Source: a virus
Taxonomy: Duplodnaviria > Caudoviricetes
Direction: 5' to 3' (one strand)
Virus record (IMG/VR): IMGVR_UViG_3300033070_001355
Span: 7,944-71,943 of that record
Length of the DNA: 64,000 bases
The first letter of the stretch is position 1. Every line of letters starts with the position of its first letter. This document shows, piece by piece, positions 30,501-40,069 of this stretch. The notes under the pieces are model-generated. The model made no database searches. It was given only the letters and a program-made list of their open reading frames with translations, and had not been told where the DNA came from. The position numbers were made by a program, and so were the translations under genes.

Positions 30501-33421
30501 AACCCTGATTTTGAAGGAAACGCAAATTCGAGTTCTGTTCCTTTCAATGATGACGAAAGCGTATCGATTTTGAACGCCGTTTGATAGTCATGGTCTTTGT
30601 CCATGAACATACCGGCGTAACCGACAATTTCAGCGTCACGGTTGAAAAGTGAGTCAAGGTAAGTGCTCGCCCCGTCACCTTTTCTCACACCAAGGATAGA
30701 AGCCGGTGTCTCATTGAGAAAGTTGTTCCCAATGAAATCGCGACTGTTATCATTTTCATTCAACTTTGAATAGAGAAGGATCTGATTCGACGCGTAAGCT
30801 CCAAGGAATCCCGGACGTGAATTCGCATCTCCGATATAGACTCGATCACCTCCCCAGTTTCGGAGAATATCGGAAGATTCTCCATACGTTGAATCAAACG
30901 GTTCAAACTTTTGAGGAACGACGTTCAGGGCAAGGCGGCTGGTATCGTCAGTTGAGCCTTGGCCGACTTTCGTAAAGTCAAAAACATTATGCGCATAACC
31001 AGATCTCGCTCGAAGCTCACCAGAAGAGTCTGGGTTACTGTCGTTCGGATCAATGAAGGCGGTGCTTTCATTCGCAACGACGCCTTCTTTTCTCTTAGTT
31101 GCAGGAACCTTCTCAACAAATATCGATTGACTTGAGACAAACTTGCCCTTGTCGGGGTCAAATTTTAAATCAATAGTGCCAGTTTCTCCATATGCAGTGA
31201 CGTTGATCGCAGCACCTTTATCGTCAGCGCCACGAGTAGCCTCGCCCTCGATCGTCAATGATTTGACAGTAAGGTGCCCGAGGTTCGTTCCTCCTGAGAA
31301 CTGGTCAGAGTGAGTGTGTGGTGGGACGAGGCTCTGCGAGCCGCCGCCGCCGAATGTCGTTGAAACTCCGCCGAGAATCTTTCTTATCGACTCATCATTG
31401 AGTTCGACGAGCTCTTTCGTTTCGTTAAGAACTCTTCTGATTTCGAGATTCTCAAGATCATACGCGCCTTCGTTGCCAGCGAAATTGATGTCAGTGACGA
31501 AATACGGAATGTACTTATGGTGAACTCGAACGATCGTTCCGCCATTCGTCGACCTTCCAGGAAAGACAGACTGATTTCCTGGATATATCGTCAATGACCC
31601 TTGCGCGCCTGATTTGATGATATTGTTGCTGAGCAGCGTATTCGCGTACTCAACCATCGCAGAATAGTCATTGAACGGTTCTGTGAACTTTTTGTATCCC
31701 TCAGTTCCAGCGGCGTTAAATGCGACATTCGCGCTCTCATAATCACCTTTTTTGATTATGCTGAACGGCGCTGAGCCAGAACGCGCAACCTTGTGCGGTC
31801 TAGAAAGAACGCCGATCATTCTAATACGACTGGCGAGAAGAGCCTCTTCAAAAGATGCGCTTATCGTCAATTTAGGCGTAGTGCTGCTCGCACCAGTCGC
31901 TATTGAAGGATCAGTGACCCAGATAAATTCTGAGACTGAAGCCCAGTCTCCAAGAATGTAGAAATACTTATTCGGAATAAAAATGTAGCCGCGATCGAAA
32001 TCAACCTTAATTTCAGGGATTGATGTCCATTGGGCTTCTGGAAGAAGGATTAGGCCGACTCTTTTCGCAGCCCTTCCATCATTGTTCGTGTAATCAAAGA
32101 CTTTGAAAGTATAAGATCTATTCTGAACGTCTTTGCCTTGATCAATTCTTTCAGTGATTGATTTTATCGGCTTTGAGAGGACCCAGTCTTGGTATTGCGA
32201 TTCTGCAGAAATAACCGTGCGAGTCCCGGATTCACTCGTAACAGTTCTCTCATGGAATGTCTCACTCGCAACAAGTGTCGGTTGAGGAGCATGAAACGCC
32301 TCAATCGTGATATCAACTCCAGGGTGCGTGAGCAGCTTTCTTTCAATTTTGATAAAGTCATGCGCATGGCGAAGATCAGATGGTTGCGGCTCTGCATTAA
32401 CCCATCGTCCCGTATCAGAGACATCAAAGATCGGTTGTTTCCCGTTGATGGGATTGACCGAAAGCTTCATGTCTTCAATAAGAGCATAGCTGCCGTCAGC
32501 ACTTGGAGGGATAGTCCATAGATTCTGACGACCTTGTCCGAATTCAGAACTGCTTATGTCATAATTTTCAAAGATGATTTCTTCATCATTGATTATGTTC
32601 GCTCGAGTGAGCGAGCTACTTTCTATTGGATCTTCACTTCCGAAAGGCGCTCCTGGGCGCGCATCTCTCCCGTAATCTCCCGGGACGCCGTATTGCTGCT
32701 TAGACCCTCTCCCATCCTTATCAGTAACGATCACGCCCGTGATCGGGCAAACATCACTGCCGCTTACGTTTGATTCTGGTATGTTGACTTTGAATTGAGC
32801 AACATCGATCGCTTGAGGATTGTCAAGGTCGAGGATCTCAACTTCATCAGAAAAAGCTCTGGGTCCGGGAGGACCGGCGTTTCGCTTAAGCCACCAAGAG
32901 AACCTGCCAGCTCTTTCTAGAACTTGAGTGAATGCGGAAACAATATCGATATTTTCAAGAGTGATCGGTCCCGCGTATGAATTAAGCTTGGGATGATCAC
33001 CAGAATAGACGATGCGTGCTTGAGGGTACGCTGCTGTTGCGTCAGACAGTCTGCGAAGAATGTCGTTGAAAGATTTGTCTTGAAATTCTTTTGAATCGTA
33101 TAGAGTGTTGTCAACGAGTGACATGAATCTTTCGCTGTCTTCAGCGTTGAAGCTCATGTTCACATTGATGCAACGAGCTCTCTGTCTATTATCATAAATA
33201 GTTTTAGTAATGGTGAGGCCTTCGGCCCCGAGATCAATTGAGACACCTTCACCTAACGTCGCGGGAGAGGTGAGATCGATCGTTGAAAAATCTTCTTCAC
33301 CCGCAATAACCTCTCTCGCAGATGACGGAGAAGATCCGATTTCTAGAGTCTCTTCTTCGTAGCGTCCACCCTCATCGTCGATTTCATGATCGACTGCGAT
33401 AGGCGGGAGAATATCGCTCAT
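27524..33421 (-). CDS. Large tail tip/hub protein (1965 aa)
   Basis: Follows the TMP and distal tail genes. N-terminal hub-like region, Gly/Pro linkers, and a C-terminal DPTTTDDSADGYTVGSTWVN...AAVW fibre motif. Confidence 0.75.
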   Translation of the reverse strand: MSDILPPIAVDHEIDDEGGRYEEETLEIGSSPSSAREVIAGEEDFSTIDLTSPATLGEGVSIDLGAEGLTITKTIYDNRQRARCINVNMSFNAEDSERFMSLVDNTLYDSKEFQDKSFNDILRRLSDATAAYPQARIVYSGDHPKLNSYAGPITLENIDIVSAFTQVLERAGRFSWWLKRNAGPPGPRAFSDEVEILDLDNPQAIDVAQFKVNIPESNVSGSDVCPITGVIVTDKDGRGSKQQYGVPGDYGRDARPGAPFGSEDPIESSSLTRANIINDEEIIFENYDISSSEFGQGRQNLWTIPPSADGSYALIEDMKLSVNPINGKQPIFDVSDTGRWVNAEPQPSDLRHAHDFIKIERKLLTHPGVDITIEAFHAPQPTLVASETFHERTVTSESGTRTVISAESQYQDWVLSKPIKSITERIDQGKDVQNRSYTFKVFDYTNNDGRAAKRVGLILLPEAQWTSIPEIKVDFDRGYIFIPNKYFYILGDWASVSEFIWVTDPSIATGASSTTPKLTISASFEEALLASRIRMIGVLSRPHKVARSGSAPFSIIKKGDYESANVAFNAAGTEGYKKFTEPFNDYSAMVEYANTLLSNNIIKSGAQGSLTIYPGNQSVFPGRSTNGGTIVRVHHKYIPYFVTDINFAGNEGAYDLENLEIRRVLNETKELVELNDESIRKILGGVSTTFGGGGSQSLVPPHTHSDQFSGGTNLGHLTVKSLTIEGEATRGADDKGAAINVTAYGETGTIDLKFDPDKGKFVSSQSIFVEKVPATKRKEGVVANESTAFIDPNDSNPDSSGELRARSGYAHNVFDFTKVGQGSTDDTSRLALNVVPQKFEPFDSTYGESSDILRNWGGDRVYIGDANSRPGFLGAYASNQILLYSKLNENDNSRDFIGNNFLNETPASILGVRKGDGASTYLDSLFNRDAEIVGYAGMFMDKDHDYQTAFKIDTLSSSLKGTELEFAFPSKSGFWFGTHFSNQYDNLNDFLSYSRLVGGSGSPAFGGTGTVEPVAHVYQFANKSETESGFGVRLGSNTGTTKAIDYYGGSNANESVAFDVYNIKAASYDLSYIRGIATSKSVGGSEVFFSSFDKESDGLSSIGDTYGKSSALTYLRGGRYLAACGVNGIYDIVADLEGLLNSTNDYFDSTGTFLKRNDLTAAYPFKVNADNLSKGSAIGLWYDTFEITLEQPRTGYSSDQRPRMYFDDTGLYFENGKSNSGRFEAQSHIRGEPFLLTNYGFGSEKIVLLNTILSNSGLDLTPLSVGGILPQSYVPGNGTPGGDEFNTTYSISYDSRGLIRQYFFSGSPISETQFDQLLESFDGLVDDFDSLRAEVYNQFSGWGNGFPGGGSGSGGGISMTDFVSILSFVIDSIFGAIEDLAQAIDDLGFIVDALRDKLKKVQEELAKLRTSMKKVVLRISINLSNKRRKEGTGTGPPPGGTTPGPTNGGGTTPGDGGGTSGSDVESTGEVPGESAGEYPLDLLRGSEGSTQPQKDDDWAEQIAESIFGGTGDESIHTPVGPIKVPGFGSAVGEAGYIKPLGTGTGVWAPEDAGGGLEPGGGEEGELKDNKSSLTGFSVGIEAATGNATRSAGSSAANRRVTQYKGLNDYFNASEIQPAPLLEPENSIYDSYKNTGRLPMGMQFNPSSNPDIYLLNAPGIEIGTALRLWSIGGGGGSPAASTGVSSDSLAPQGNPTGIGWDRTQDVRSILQLANRTPTTELDAIGRWIIVGGGHIFPTMLDGSGQIRISDDTSARVNIGGLSGFSIGSIKDIAGFEVRPELIVSPKAFGSVATDSAGDKYIVNNYGVFKAELDTDGKYIYLDNSSVPIYGGLIGTIRNQIDRYNSLLPSTNTGLFTGGSLTNITANSSIEEAVLALDSAVNKNKFDATTDPTTTDDSADGYTVGSTWVNVSANTVFTCVDNTLSAAVWVEVSGGGSGGGSPWDFDGGDATTVHATGTIDLDGGDST

Positions 33422-33555
33422 GAAGAAGCTTTCAACTCTTTAACGATGTTGGTCAGTTCATTAACTGCGGAAAGAACTTTTTTCATTACTTCATTCTGCA
33501 CCTTCATTTGTTCAGTGAGAAGTTTCATAACAATGGCAAGTTGTGGATCACTCAT
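33418..33555 (-). CDS. 45-aa coiled-coil peptide (not in the ORF track)
   Basis: MSDPQLAIVMKLLTEQMKVQNEVMKKVLSAVNELTNIVKELKASS; ATGA overlaps at both ends. Confidence 0.7.
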   Translation of the reverse strand: MSDPQLAIVMKLLTEQMKVQNEVMKKVLSAVNELTNIVKELKASS

Positions 33556-34118
33556 GTGACTCTTGTCGTTCCAGTTCTATTGAAAATTCGTTCGAAATTG
33601 TTGGTATGAGGATCTCGCCCACCATACTGGTCAACTTCATCAGGAAACTCACTGTTAATAAACTGCGCACTCAATACTTCAGGCTTTTCCTTCTTATAAT
33701 CTATCAATGAAACACTGACAGCCTTACGAGTTTCCGATTCGTATCCTTGAACGTGAACGAACACGGAATTTACATTGTTTGAGATCTTGTCTCGAAGAGT
33801 GCGGTTCGTCAACATTGAGAATCGTATCTTTAATGTCGCGTTCCAAACTGATGGTGCGGCTATCTCAATCGTCTCTGGGCTCTGTCCATCAATGAAATCA
33901 ATATTGAAAACGAATGTCGGATTTCTGCCGTACTTTTGAACAAAGATCGAACCTCTGAAATTAGGCGCTGTCGCGTTAGTATCGCCAGATTCTCTAAGCT
34001 GATTCGCTTTGAGTTTGACCGCTTCGTAGAGACCTTCAACGGTATCAACTCCATACATTCGATAGAGTTGATCGAGATCACCTTCAGTATTCTTGAGCTT
34101 CCCAAGGTCGAGTGTCAT
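33552..34118 (-). CDS. Tail-associated protein
   Basis: Position within the tail operon; coupled starts and stops. Confidence 0.6.
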   Translation of the reverse strand: MTLDLGKLKNTEGDLDQLYRMYGVDTVEGLYEAVKLKANQLRESGDTNATAPNFRGSIFVQKYGRNPTFVFNIDFIDGQSPETIEIAAPSVWNATLKIRFSMLTNRTLRDKISNNVNSVFVHVQGYESETRKAVSVSLIDYKKEKPEVLSAQFINSEFPDEVDQYGGRDPHTNNFERIFNRTGTTRVT

Positions 34119-36208
34119 TATTCGTTCAACGTTCCAACAACGGTTCCGTTATTCGGTTGAATCGCAGAGACCGTGCCTTTGAGGATTGTGTATTCGACTT
34201 CAGCCTTTCGAGTAGAACCGCTCGCTGAAAGTTTTGAATCAGAGAGAAACATCTCTTCAGGGCCGACTGGGGCAGATGGATATGTTGGATACTCGAGCGC
34301 GAGCGTAGCGTCTCCGCCGATGCGTCTTCTGGTTCTCGTTATCTTGACTTTTCCAGGAATGAGGCCGACCTTCTTGAAGTAGAGGTTTCCTCCCGGGATC
34401 GCTATCTGTGAATACTTGTTCTTTATCTGTTCAATTTCAACAGATTCATCTTCAACTACTGAAACGTCAGTATTGCCGGTCTTACCAGCAGAGTTTCCAT
34501 CTGCTTCAAAGTTGATTTCATAAGAAGCAGAAACGCTCTGCTTGTATCCGATAGTGCAATTAGTCTCATCGATGAACTTCTCTTTGGCACCGACGGAAAC
34601 TGATGTGATTCTGAATTGGTTCAGCGAAAGTCCAGAGATTGCTGAGAGCTCATTGATCAACGCCAAGAAAGCATCAGCGTTCCCTGACCCGACGTAAACG
34701 TTGCCAGAGATACTGATGCTTACTGAAGTCGATTTGTATGCCCGTGACGCATACTTGTACCTGACGCTCTTGCTGTATGAACCAAGTTCATTGAGAACAA
34801 GACCCGAAGATGGTAATGTTACTGAGAGAAACGTATTCGCTTTTTCAAAAGTATCAAGAGTTCTCGCACTAACTGAAAGCTTCGTTTTGCCTTGGTTGTT
34901 CTTTCCGTTAAAAGAAACGCCAGTGACATAAAAATCATAGCCATTGTATGAATATTTCTCACCGACGCTTATTGATGGAACTCCAGAAACGATTCCGTCA
35001 ATAGATATCGTGTCTTGCGTTTTCATTCCGCAAACGTTCACGGTACCTGAGAACGACTTGGAATTGATGCAATCCCATGAGATTCCAAAGATATTTTCAC
35101 CGGCAGTGACGCAGGTTTCAGTGACAGACGGGAGCCATTCAAAGCTCAAGCTTCCAGTGAGAATGTATTTCTGATTACCGGAAGTGTCGCGACCTTCACG
35201 CGCAGGCGCGGAGAAGTTCACACTCACGACAGCAAGCGTCTTACCAGTCGGTGAAGCGAAGGTCTGAGGATTCTGCAAGCTCGTTTTGAAATTCGCTTGG
35301 TACGCTTCAGCGGCTACGAAAGTGGTGAAATGAATCTCTCCACTGACATTCAAACCTTCGCTCTCAATTGAGAACGTGCCATTGTTGTTCACCCAACTGA
35401 TATTCGAAGACCATGAGGTGACCTTCGTGAACATGATGCCGCCTATTGAGAGCGGCGTATCTGGGAGGTTCTCACTTTCGATTGAGTAGTTCTTCTCAGT
35501 AATGAATTCTATCGAATACGTTTTAGAGGCGGTTGTCTCTGTTTCAATAGGAGTTCCGAAACTAAAAGAGACGCACTTAACCGTGTATGTTCCAGATGGA
35601 ATCACGAGCGTCATCGTGGCTGAAGTGGTGCATCTCGAAACGATGTCATCCTCAGCGTTGCTAACTTCAGAAATCGTGCCTTGAAGTATGCCAGACAGCT
35701 TGATTGACTTCCCTGCCGTCGCACCTTGGGTTACCCAAGAAATGACAGGGTCCTGCCGTTCATAAGAATCTTCGACGGCGGGGCGCGGGTTGAAGGTAGT
35801 TGTTCCAGATCCGTCTTGTAGAGTCACGCTTTCAGAAAACGGGTTAGTGATCGGCGTTGCGAAAGTCGCTGAATAAAAGAGAACAGGGTTCCCTCTGTAT
35901 TCTTGGAATTCAATTTCAACAAGACGGACTGATGAAATCGTTATCGATGAACCAATCATAAGCGATGCGGTCGCTTGATTCCTCAAATCACTTTCAAGAG
36001 TCTCGTACGTACCGATAGCTGACGCGGCTGCGCGTGAGCCGTACCCTCTGTCTGGCGTAAAGATCATTCCTTGAACAATAATCTGTATTTGTTTGACGCT
36101 TTTTGCGCCAGAAACATCGTTGATAAGTTCAGGAGGGAGGGTGGAGCCCTTTTGAATTGACTTGACGTTCGGGAGAGTTTTCGTTCCGAATACTACTGAG
36201 ATACCCAT
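34118..36208 (-). CDS. Distal tail-like protein built from about six tandem tube-fold-like modules
   Basis: Directly after the TMP; recurrent beta-rich segments of ~110 aa (IxxSG...helix...V.sVsf...Y.i.F). Confidence 0.55.
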   Translation of the reverse strand: MGISVVFGTKTLPNVKSIQKGSTLPPELINDVSGAKSVKQIQIIVQGMIFTPDRGYGSRAAASAIGTYETLESDLRNQATASLMIGSSITISSVRLVEIEFQEYRGNPVLFYSATFATPITNPFSESVTLQDGSGTTTFNPRPAVEDSYERQDPVISWVTQGATAGKSIKLSGILQGTISEVSNAEDDIVSRCTTSATMTLVIPSGTYTVKCVSFSFGTPIETETTASKTYSIEFITEKNYSIESENLPDTPLSIGGIMFTKVTSWSSNISWVNNNGTFSIESEGLNVSGEIHFTTFVAAEAYQANFKTSLQNPQTFASPTGKTLAVVSVNFSAPAREGRDTSGNQKYILTGSLSFEWLPSVTETCVTAGENIFGISWDCINSKSFSGTVNVCGMKTQDTISIDGIVSGVPSISVGEKYSYNGYDFYVTGVSFNGKNNQGKTKLSVSARTLDTFEKANTFLSVTLPSSGLVLNELGSYSKSVRYKYASRAYKSTSVSISISGNVYVGSGNADAFLALINELSAISGLSLNQFRITSVSVGAKEKFIDETNCTIGYKQSVSASYEINFEADGNSAGKTGNTDVSVVEDESVEIEQIKNKYSQIAIPGGNLYFKKVGLIPGKVKITRTRRRIGGDATLALEYPTYPSAPVGPEEMFLSDSKLSASGSTRKAEVEYTILKGTVSAIQPNNGTVVGTLNE

Positions 36209-39200
36209 TATCTGCGTCTCAAGATGTCACCGAGTCTCGACAAGATCTCGACACTCAATTTTTCATTAGCCTTCTTAAGTTCTTCGCGAACTTCATCGAT
36301 TTTCTCTTCAGTTGCTTCAGAGTTGTTTGCATCTATCGAGATATTGAAATCTCCGATAGTCACATTGAGAGCGTTTTCACTATTTGATGAAACAGTGGTC
36401 GACCCTGAAAGGCTCTTCAGTTTACCTGCGAAAGTATCGAGTTTTTCGATAGCCTCATCAAGCACTTCAGGGATAGAGGAGAACTTGCTGTAGAGGAGAT
36501 CGACAGATGAGTTGACCTTGCCGACTTCGCCGCCCATGTCTGAGATTGATTGTTTTGATCTCGCGGCAGGCTCAGACACGTCGATTGTAGATCTCGTACG
36601 TTCTGCTTTAGTCGCGAGTTCTTCGTACTTGGCGACTATGAGGCTAATCGTTTGGCTGCTTAGTAGATTACCATTAGAAGGTACGTTCGCGGCTGCGATC
36701 AGGTTTTCGAGAGCCTTAATTTTTGTTGGGAGATCCGCTCCGGCAATCTCAATGCCGCCAACAATGCCTGAGCCTCGATTAAGATTGATCAACTGTTCGA
36801 GAGCGTTGCGATCAACTGGTGACTTGAGAGTCAACAGTTGTGCGCGGATTTGACCAATCTGTTCAGAGGCTTTGTCGAGAGGCTCAAGACCTTCTCTTAT
36901 CGCGTTGCCGAGCTTCGGTCCGAAGCCGGGAATCAAATCATTAAAGACAATTGTTCTGAATTGAGTAACGGCTTCAAGAGCAGTATTGATTCCTTCGAGG
37001 TTGAATTTTAGTTTGAGACCTTCAGTCTCTTTTTTTATAGTTTCACCAACATTCGCGCCAGCTTCAATCTTCGTGAATATTCTAGCACTCGCCTCAGTCA
37101 GAGAGTCAAGGATCTGAGGAATGACCGCATTTGCCTTACTTAACCCTGAAACGACACCTTGCGCTATCGCCGAGTCGACTACGCCGATAAGGCCGGTGGC
37201 GAAAGCTCCTCGAGCTCCGTCAGCGCCAGTCTTAAGACCTTCAAGGACAGACTTGGAGAAGAGATCTTTGATGTCTCCTCTTGAGAACGGAAGTTGACCA
37301 GCGGCGAGGCCGCCTTTGAAAAGATCAAGCTTCTTGAACGAATTTTCAATTTCTTGACGAGTTTTTGCAAGATCGTCATCAATGCCGTTAGCCTCATTGA
37401 TAAATGCGTCAACAAACGATTTGCCGGCAGTATTGCCAGTCTTCTGCATGAACTCTTCAGCGACCTCAGCCGCTTTCTTTAGAGAGTTTCTGAGAGTTTC
37501 CTGGATTTTAGCGAGATCTTGCTGCGCACTGAAGCCAGTTTCAAGTCTTGAAACAAGATTTCCTGTGAGCGTCTGAACTCGATCTGGACTGACATTCTTT
37601 TCTTTGTCGAGGAAATCGAGCGTCTTTCTTACGGCTTCGAAACTTGATCCGACTTTAGTGTTCTGTTTTTCAAGCTCTTTTTGTGCGACAAGAACATCAT
37701 TGAAAGATGTCGCAAGACCCGCCGCGAACTCAAGAGGAGCCTCTATTCTTTTTCTAAGGAATTCAACAATTCTAGTGAGATTGATAAGATCATTCGCTGC
37801 CGGTTCAACTCCAACGAGACTCCCTCGGCTCGATTGGCTCAGAGAGCTGAAGGTCTGCTTCAAGTCTATCGACTTAAATGTATCTGCGAGCCTTACCGCT
37901 CCATCTGCAGATATTCCAAATTGAGTAGCAAATTGCTTAATCTGGTCATCCGTTGAAGCAGCTTTGTCCCCTATCTCTTGAATAATAGCAGAAATTCTAG
38001 AAAGCTCTTGGACAGCGGCAGAATCTTGCAGTTTTTCTTGAATCTTAGCGACAGCCTGCGATGTTTCTTTGAATGACTTCGAAGATTCTTCGTTGAACCC
38101 GCCAAAGTCTGAAAGAACTCCGCCAATCTCTCTCAGGAGTGCGAGGGACTTGTTCGCCTGATCAATCGCATCTGGCGTCGTGAACGGAATGCCGATATCT
38201 TTGAAAGGTTCAAAGCTTGAAACGAGGATCGACGATTGCTTCTGGATATCAACGAGATCTTTGACAGAAAATCCAGCATCTCGTCCGCTTTTGATAAGAT
38301 CAATTGATGACTGTCCAAACGCAGTCGACTTGAGCTTGTTCAATTGCCCAAGTTTCTCAACCGATTTCTCAAAGTCTTTATCAGAAAAGATCGCGAACGT
38401 CTTGCGAAGTTGAGTCTCAAGATTCTCAAGACGAATATCTTCAATCGAAAGAAGTTTTCTCCGAGCGTCTTCTGAAGCCTTCGCAATTTGTCCAAGGATC
38501 GCGACAGTACCGGCAGCAGCGACCGCGAAGATTCCAAAACGCGTGACAACCGTAGTCAGGGAAGCGGCGATAGTTCCAGCGAACTGAGCAGATCCAGAAG
38601 TTGCAAGCGCAAAGGCGGTCGACAAACCTTGGATCCCGAGCCTGAGACCAACGATCGCAACGCTCGCTGCGCCGATACTGGTACCAACAGGTCCTATCGC
38701 TTTGTTTAGAGATGCAAAGGAATCAATCAAAAAGTTTGAAGTCTCGAGGAAGCCTTTCGCAGCGGGCGCAAGATTCTGTCCAATTTCTTGTTGGAGAACA
38801 GATATACGATTCGACGTTTTCTGAATAGATGTCTGAAGATTGTTCTCGTAGATGTCGCTGAGTCGCTTTGCTTCATCAGCATTCCTCGCCATTCTTTGAG
38901 TAACAGCTTCCATCACTCCAGAGAACGGAAGAAGCGCCGCAATAGCGCGAGCACCTCTTGACTCGAAACCATCGATGATTGCGTTAAATCTCTCAAATGG
39001 CGAAAGATTTGAAGTGGCTCGTTTGACTTCATTGACGAGATCTGCGATGGTCTTGAAGTTTCCAGCTTCGTCAATGAACTTGCTTGTATCGAGTCCAAGC
39101 TTGCCGATAGCGCGATCAAGCTGAATGAACGCTTGGTTAAGAGATGTACCTGCCGTACTTCCCTTAAGACCGACAGTGTTCAATTGTCCGAGGGCGGTCG

Positions 39201-39855
39201 TAAGATCTTCGATTTCAACACCGAGAAGTGATGCTGAACCGATAACGAATTTCAAACCAGCTTCAAGCTGCTCACCAGTAACGGCAAAGATTTGAATCGA
39301 TTGCGCAAGAGCGTTTGAAGCTCGTTTAGCTCCATCTTCAACAGACAAAAACGCCAAACTTGTCGTCTGGCCGAGCGAGTTCATAACGGATGCGAGAAGC
39401 TGCGTTGATGTCGCAGCGTCAAGCATAACCGCGTTAGAGAGAAAGAGCGCCTGTTCGCCTATGGCGATTGATTGAGCGAGATCGAAACCGGCAGAACCGA
39501 GTTCGAAGTACGTGTCAAGAACTTCTTCAACCGCGAACTTGTGATCTTTGGCAAAGTCCTTAGCGGTCTGGAATGAGTTCGCGAGATCAGACCCGATAGT
39601 CACACCAGCTGACTTGGCGACAGTCTCGACTCTTCTAATAGCTTCTTCAGCTTTAGCAAATTCAGTAATCGTTCCAATCGCACTATCGACAATTCGGGCG
39701 GCAGCGAGCGCACCCAACGTGTTCTGAAGACCTTCAACAACCTGTCCGAGAACAACGGCTTGCTGAGCCGTGTTCGCCATTGAGCGGGCGATCTGGTTCG
39801 TTGAAGGACTGACTTTGTCGATCAAAGTCAGCGTGATGTCGATAAGGTTTGGCAT
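36208..39855 (-). CDS. Tape measure protein (TP901-like core)
   Basis: 1215 aa, Ala/Leu-rich helical; GLKGSTAGTSLNQAF and AIAALL...A core motifs; follows the chaperone gene. Confidence 0.95.
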   Translation of the reverse strand: MPNLIDITLTLIDKVSPSTNQIARSMANTAQQAVVLGQVVEGLQNTLGALAAARIVDSAIGTITEFAKAEEAIRRVETVAKSAGVTIGSDLANSFQTAKDFAKDHKFAVEEVLDTYFELGSAGFDLAQSIAIGEQALFLSNAVMLDAATSTQLLASVMNSLGQTTSLAFLSVEDGAKRASNALAQSIQIFAVTGEQLEAGLKFVIGSASLLGVEIEDLTTALGQLNTVGLKGSTAGTSLNQAFIQLDRAIGKLGLDTSKFIDEAGNFKTIADLVNEVKRATSNLSPFERFNAIIDGFESRGARAIAALLPFSGVMEAVTQRMARNADEAKRLSDIYENNLQTSIQKTSNRISVLQQEIGQNLAPAAKGFLETSNFLIDSFASLNKAIGPVGTSIGAASVAIVGLRLGIQGLSTAFALATSGSAQFAGTIAASLTTVVTRFGIFAVAAAGTVAILGQIAKASEDARRKLLSIEDIRLENLETQLRKTFAIFSDKDFEKSVEKLGQLNKLKSTAFGQSSIDLIKSGRDAGFSVKDLVDIQKQSSILVSSFEPFKDIGIPFTTPDAIDQANKSLALLREIGGVLSDFGGFNEESSKSFKETSQAVAKIQEKLQDSAAVQELSRISAIIQEIGDKAASTDDQIKQFATQFGISADGAVRLADTFKSIDLKQTFSSLSQSSRGSLVGVEPAANDLINLTRIVEFLRKRIEAPLEFAAGLATSFNDVLVAQKELEKQNTKVGSSFEAVRKTLDFLDKEKNVSPDRVQTLTGNLVSRLETGFSAQQDLAKIQETLRNSLKKAAEVAEEFMQKTGNTAGKSFVDAFINEANGIDDDLAKTRQEIENSFKKLDLFKGGLAAGQLPFSRGDIKDLFSKSVLEGLKTGADGARGAFATGLIGVVDSAIAQGVVSGLSKANAVIPQILDSLTEASARIFTKIEAGANVGETIKKETEGLKLKFNLEGINTALEAVTQFRTIVFNDLIPGFGPKLGNAIREGLEPLDKASEQIGQIRAQLLTLKSPVDRNALEQLINLNRGSGIVGGIEIAGADLPTKIKALENLIAAANVPSNGNLLSSQTISLIVAKYEELATKAERTRSTIDVSEPAARSKQSISDMGGEVGKVNSSVDLLYSKFSSIPEVLDEAIEKLDTFAGKLKSLSGSTTVSSNSENALNVTIGDFNISIDANNSEATEEKIDEVREELKKANEKLSVEILSRLGDILRRR

Positions 39856-39861
39856 GAAACT

Positions 39862-39894
39862 AAAAAAGCCCGATCAAGTTGATCGAGCTTTTTT
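39862..39894 (-). terminator. Terminator-like hairpin immediately upstream of the TMP start codon
   Basis: Minus strand AAAAAAGCTCGATC-AACTT-GATCGGGCTTTTTT; ends 7 nt before the ATG at 39855. Confidence 0.6.
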
Positions 39895-40069
39895 CTTTTG
39901 TTTTCTTTGTTTCTCTCTCATTTTCGAATGAACGATAATGAGCACGAGTTCTTCTTCTGTTAGCTTCAAAGCTTCATTGAGACTGCACCCTCGAACCTCG
40001 CAGATGTCTAAGAGAAGACAAAGCTCAAAGTCCTCTTCTAGGATTTCGGCGAGGTCTCCGATTTTTTTT
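39874..40069 (-). CDS. -1 frameshift extension of the tail assembly chaperone (gpGT-like)
   Basis: Slippery A8 run at 40069-40062 (GAA AAA AAA). The -1 frame is open for IGDLAEILEEDFELCLLLDICEVRGCSLNEALKLTEEELVLII...KKKARST until TGA at 39876-39874. Confidence 0.85.
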
